Source: Kiritimatiellia bacterium
GTDB taxonomy: Bacteria > Verrucomicrobiota > Kiritimatiellia > RFP12 > UBA1067
Direction of reading: 5' to 3'
DNA: 64,000 bases
NCBI GenBank assembly: GCA_050949565.1
Contig: JBMNFY010000017.1
Location: 1,216,001 to 1,280,000 of the forward strand
Position 1 is the stretch's first letter. Every line of letters begins with the position of its first letter. Position numbers and translations under genes: made by a program. The notes under the pieces were generated by a model. The model ran no database searches and had not been told where the DNA came from. It worked only from the letters and a program-made list of their open reading frames with translations. Of this stretch, positions 62,606 through 64,000 are shown piece by piece.

Positions 62606-63898
62606 TCAAGCAAGCGACCACGGGCCACGCATCGCGCGCGTCAGCAGGCGGTTGGCCATGTCGTCGCCGTCAAAGCGTTCCTTGACCGGATCCCACTTCA
62701 GCTTGCGCTGGAGTTGCATTACGATGTTGCCGATGTTACAGAGGTTGTTGGTCTTGTGTCCGATCGCTAGATCTGAAACCGGACGCTCGCGTGTCTTGAC
62801 GCACTCGATCCAGTTGCCGAAGTGATCGCGGCTCTTGTAGAGACCAATCTCGTCATCGTCGATCTTCTCTTTGAGAATAGACTCTGGATTGGACTTCAGT
62901 TTACTGCGCGAAACATCCAGCGAGCCCTTGTCGCCGAAAAAGATGATGTTGCCGTCGGAAATGCCATCCGTGCGGGTGCGCATGCGCATGGTCACGCCGT
63001 TGGCGTAGGTATAGCGCACGTCCACGCGCGTGGGCGAAGTGAAGAGTCCGCTACTGGGATAGACGCCGTGACCGTCCACTTCGACCGGCCCGGACTCATC
63101 CATGCCCAGCGCCCACTGCGCGATGTCGAGATAGTGTGCGCCCCAATTGGTCGTCTGTCCGCCCGCGTAATCAAGGTTGAAGCGGAACTGGTAGTGGGTG
63201 CGCTGCGACGTGTACGGCGCATAGGGTGCGGGTCCCAACCAAAAATCGTAATCGAGTCCGGCGGGAACCGGTTCGGGCTTCCATGTCGCGCCGACATAGC
63301 GGTTGTTCGCGGGGATCAGCACGTCGATGTGCTTGATCGTACCGAGGCGTCCGTTGCGGATCAGTTCCGCCGCGCGGTGGAAGCCCTCGAACGAACGCTG
63401 CATCGTGCCGGTCTGCCCCACGCGCTTGTGCTTGCGTAGCTCTTCAACCAGCACCTGCCCCTCGCGGACGGTCAGCGTCAGTGGCTTCTCTACAAAGACA
63501 TCCTTACCGTTGCGGATCGCGTCGATCGCCGGAATCGCGTGCCAATGGTCCGGCGTAGCCACGGTGATCAGGTCCACGTCCTTGGAGCGTGTGACCTCGC
63601 GGAAATCGCCGATCATACGGCAGTCTTCGTTGCCATATTTTTTGTTGATGATCTGCGCCGCACGCTTCTGGTGGAAAGCATCGACATCAACCACGGCCAC
63701 AATCCGCACGGTCTTGCGGTCGACCAACTGCTTGATGTGCGAGAGCCCCATCCCGCCCACACCCACACACGCCACCGTCAACACCTTGGACGGAGCATCC
63801 TGCCCCAGCACCGAGGCCGGGATGATCGTCGGGAAAGCTGCGGCCGCCCCGGCCGCCACGCCTGCACACTTCACAAAATCACGTCTGGACACGTTCAT
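62606..63898 (-). CDS. Tat-exported Gfo/Idh/MocA oxidoreductase
   Basis: SRRDFVK, GVGGMG, ATPDHWH, VEKPL, WLGPAP, WGAHYLD. Confidence 0.92.
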   Translation of the reverse strand: MNVSRRDFVKCAGVAAGAAAAFPTIIPASVLGQDAPSKVLTVACVGVGGMGLSHIKQLVDRKTVRIVAVVDVDAFHQKRAAQIINKKYGNEDCRMIGDFREVTRSKDVDLITVATPDHWHAIPAIDAIRNGKDVFVEKPLTLTVREGQVLVEELRKHKRVGQTGTMQRSFEGFHRAAELIRNGRLGTIKHIDVLIPANNRYVGATWKPEPVPAGLDYDFWLGPAPYAPYTSQRTHYQFRFNLDYAGGQTTNWGAHYLDIAQWALGMDESGPVEVDGHGVYPSSGLFTSPTRVDVRYTYANGVTMRMRTRTDGISDGNIIFFGDKGSLDVSRSKLKSNPESILKEKIDDDEIGLYKSRDHFGNWIECVKTRERPVSDLAIGHKTNNLCNIGNIVMQLQRKLKWDPVKERFDGDDMANRLLTRAMRGPWSLA

Positions 63899-64000
63899 GA
63901 AACTCTCCTCAGAAAACAGTTTGATGACTGAAACCTCAACGCCCGCACCGGCTTCACTGCGCCCGGGTCCGTGCCGCAACCGCGCCAGCACAACCCTCTG

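Overview
High-GC bacterial chromosome segment. Gene content and protein C-terminal motifs suggest the PVC superphylum, possibly Kiritimatiellia/Lentisphaerae-like (inference). Bases 1-8075 are a visibly lower-GC, translationally coupled putative defence operon: HARE-HTH/Mrr nuclease, Swt1-like HEPN-SNF2 helicase, sacsin-like GHKL ATPase with a C-terminal HNH-like module, and a truncated RecD-like gene. It is cut by an IS66-family remnant that carries a nested IS630 element. The rest is core and accessory chromosome: prmC, S1, plsC, pdxJ, fhs, lpxB/lpxI, prmA, serA, bamD, lptE, hflX, rsmI, plus many secreted proteins with shared C-terminal motifs. The best candidate for an undescribed system is the operon at 36510-44411 (VTC polyphosphate polymerase, DUF4956 membrane protein, HlyD-type adaptor, TolC, secreted CotH kinase), which may synthesise and export polyphosphate. 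Several REP/REPIN-like repeat families occur, and one copy is translated in frame inside an ABC permease. Several single-base frameshifts and abrupt gene junctions indicate sequencing/assembly errors or pseudogenisation. No rRNA, tRNA or CRISPR array was recognised. All family assignments come from motif recognition by eye, not database searches.
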